From positions 1 to 44,897 of the forward strand of contig JAEOSO010000001.1 in assembly GCA_016840315.1 (NCBI GenBank): a stretch of 44,897 bases of DNA. Direction: 5' to 3'. Both the position numbers and the translations under genes were made by a program. Below, one piece after another: positions 44,470-44,897 of this stretch. Source of the stretch: Candidatus Borrarchaeota archaeon. Lineage in GTDB: Archaea > Asgardarchaeota > Sifarchaeia > Borrarchaeales > Borrarchaeaceae. Positions within the stretch are counted from its first letter, which is position 1. The number at the start of each line of letters is the position of its first letter. The notes under the pieces were generated by a model, which was not told the DNA's origin, did no database searches, and worked only from the letters and a program-made list of their open reading frames with translations.

Positions 44470-44897
44470 TCAGTATATGCCGAATACTGCTCCGTATTCA
44501 GCTTCATCAAAGCCAACTACACATTTTTTATCATCAACAATAAGAAAAGGATAGGAAACATATCGACCGAATTTTTCTTTCAAAACTTCACGTAATTTAT
44601 TTGCAGTATTTTCGGTTAATTCATCTACATACACATATTCAAATTCAATAGAATTAGCCCTCAAGAATTCAAGTGCACGACGACCAAATCCGCCTCTTGA
44701 CAACACGTAAAGTCTTACTTTCCAACGTTTATTTTCGCCGGGTTCGCGTATAAATTGTATCTCTGATGGATGTGTAGGAGTGGGTTCAGGTATTTCAGGA
44801 GGAACAGGAGTGGGTTCAGGTATTTCAGGAGGAACAGGAGTGGGTTCAGGAATTTCAGGAGTAACAGGGGTGGGTTCGGGTATTTCAGGAGGAACAG
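44470..44897 (-). CDS. Glutaredoxin-fold protein lacking CxxC, with an N-terminal Pro-rich decapeptide repeat; the N-terminus lies outside the window
   Basis: KVRLYVLSRGGFGRRALEFL..YPFLIVDDKKCVVGF follows the Grx/NrdH pattern but has GFGR in place of CxxC. The frame stays open upstream to the window end. Confidence 0.6.
   Translation of the reverse strand, partial: VPPEIPEPTPVTPEIPEPTPVPPEIPEPTPVPPEIPEPTPTHPSEIQFIREPGENKRWKVRLYVLSRGGFGRRALEFLRANSIEFEYVYVDELTENTANKLREVLKEKFGRYVSYPFLIVDDKKCVVGFDEAEYGAVFGIY
44777..44897 (-). repeat. 30-nt tandem repeat, at least 4 copies, coding (VPPEIPEPTP)n
   Basis: ggagtgggttcaggtatttcaggaggaaca repeated head to tail with 0-4 mismatches. It continues past the window end. 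Confidence 0.9.

Noticed and set aside
44777-44897. Tandem 30-nt repeats considered as a possible CRISPR array
   Set aside because: The repeats are contiguous with no spacers and are in frame with a protein-coding ORF, so this is a coding decapeptide repeat rather than CRISPR. No CRISPR array is seen elsewhere in the window.

Overview
AT-rich archaeal chromosomal segment dominated by information-processing genes: gatD/gatE, elp3, nop5-fibrillarin, eS30, RNase HII, hflX, MBF1, PAN, NAC, trm5-like, A/V-ATPase B and D, TFE alpha and a TFE-beta-like protein, rlmE, trm1 and trm56. The TFE-beta-like Fe-S protein and a Ras/Rab-like small GTPase fit a TACK/Asgard-type host better than a euryarchaeon; this is inference. 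No rRNA, tRNA or CRISPR array was seen by eye. Scattered through the window are visibly GC-richer IS200/IS605-type (OMEGA) elements. They comprise (i) an apparently intact IscB nuclease with about 310 nt of structured upstream RNA (28.25-29.95 kb); (ii) a full TnpB element that precisely interrupts panE (15369-16785); (iii) a 384-bp tnpB-less MITE with an orphan omega-RNA scaffold that interrupts a ferredoxin:thioredoxin-reductase-like gene (43969-44352); and (iv) several end remnants, most sharing a GTAGTTCAC-type terminus. No TnpA is present. Other notable loci are listed here. A tightly coupled operon encodes a small GTPase plus three tandem KaiB/thioredoxin-fold paralogs, only one of which keeps CGPC, downstream of a MoxR-VWA pair. 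A 1296-aa TPR-like/gluzincin protein together with a wHTH gene separates pyrD from pyrK. The ATPase B subunit carries a 599-aa LAGLIDADG intein. Two conserved genes (TFE alpha, VWA) lack canonical starts but connect to ATG-initiated upstream ORFs by a -1 shift at AAA-AAG. All functional calls rest on motif recognition by eye; no database search was run.
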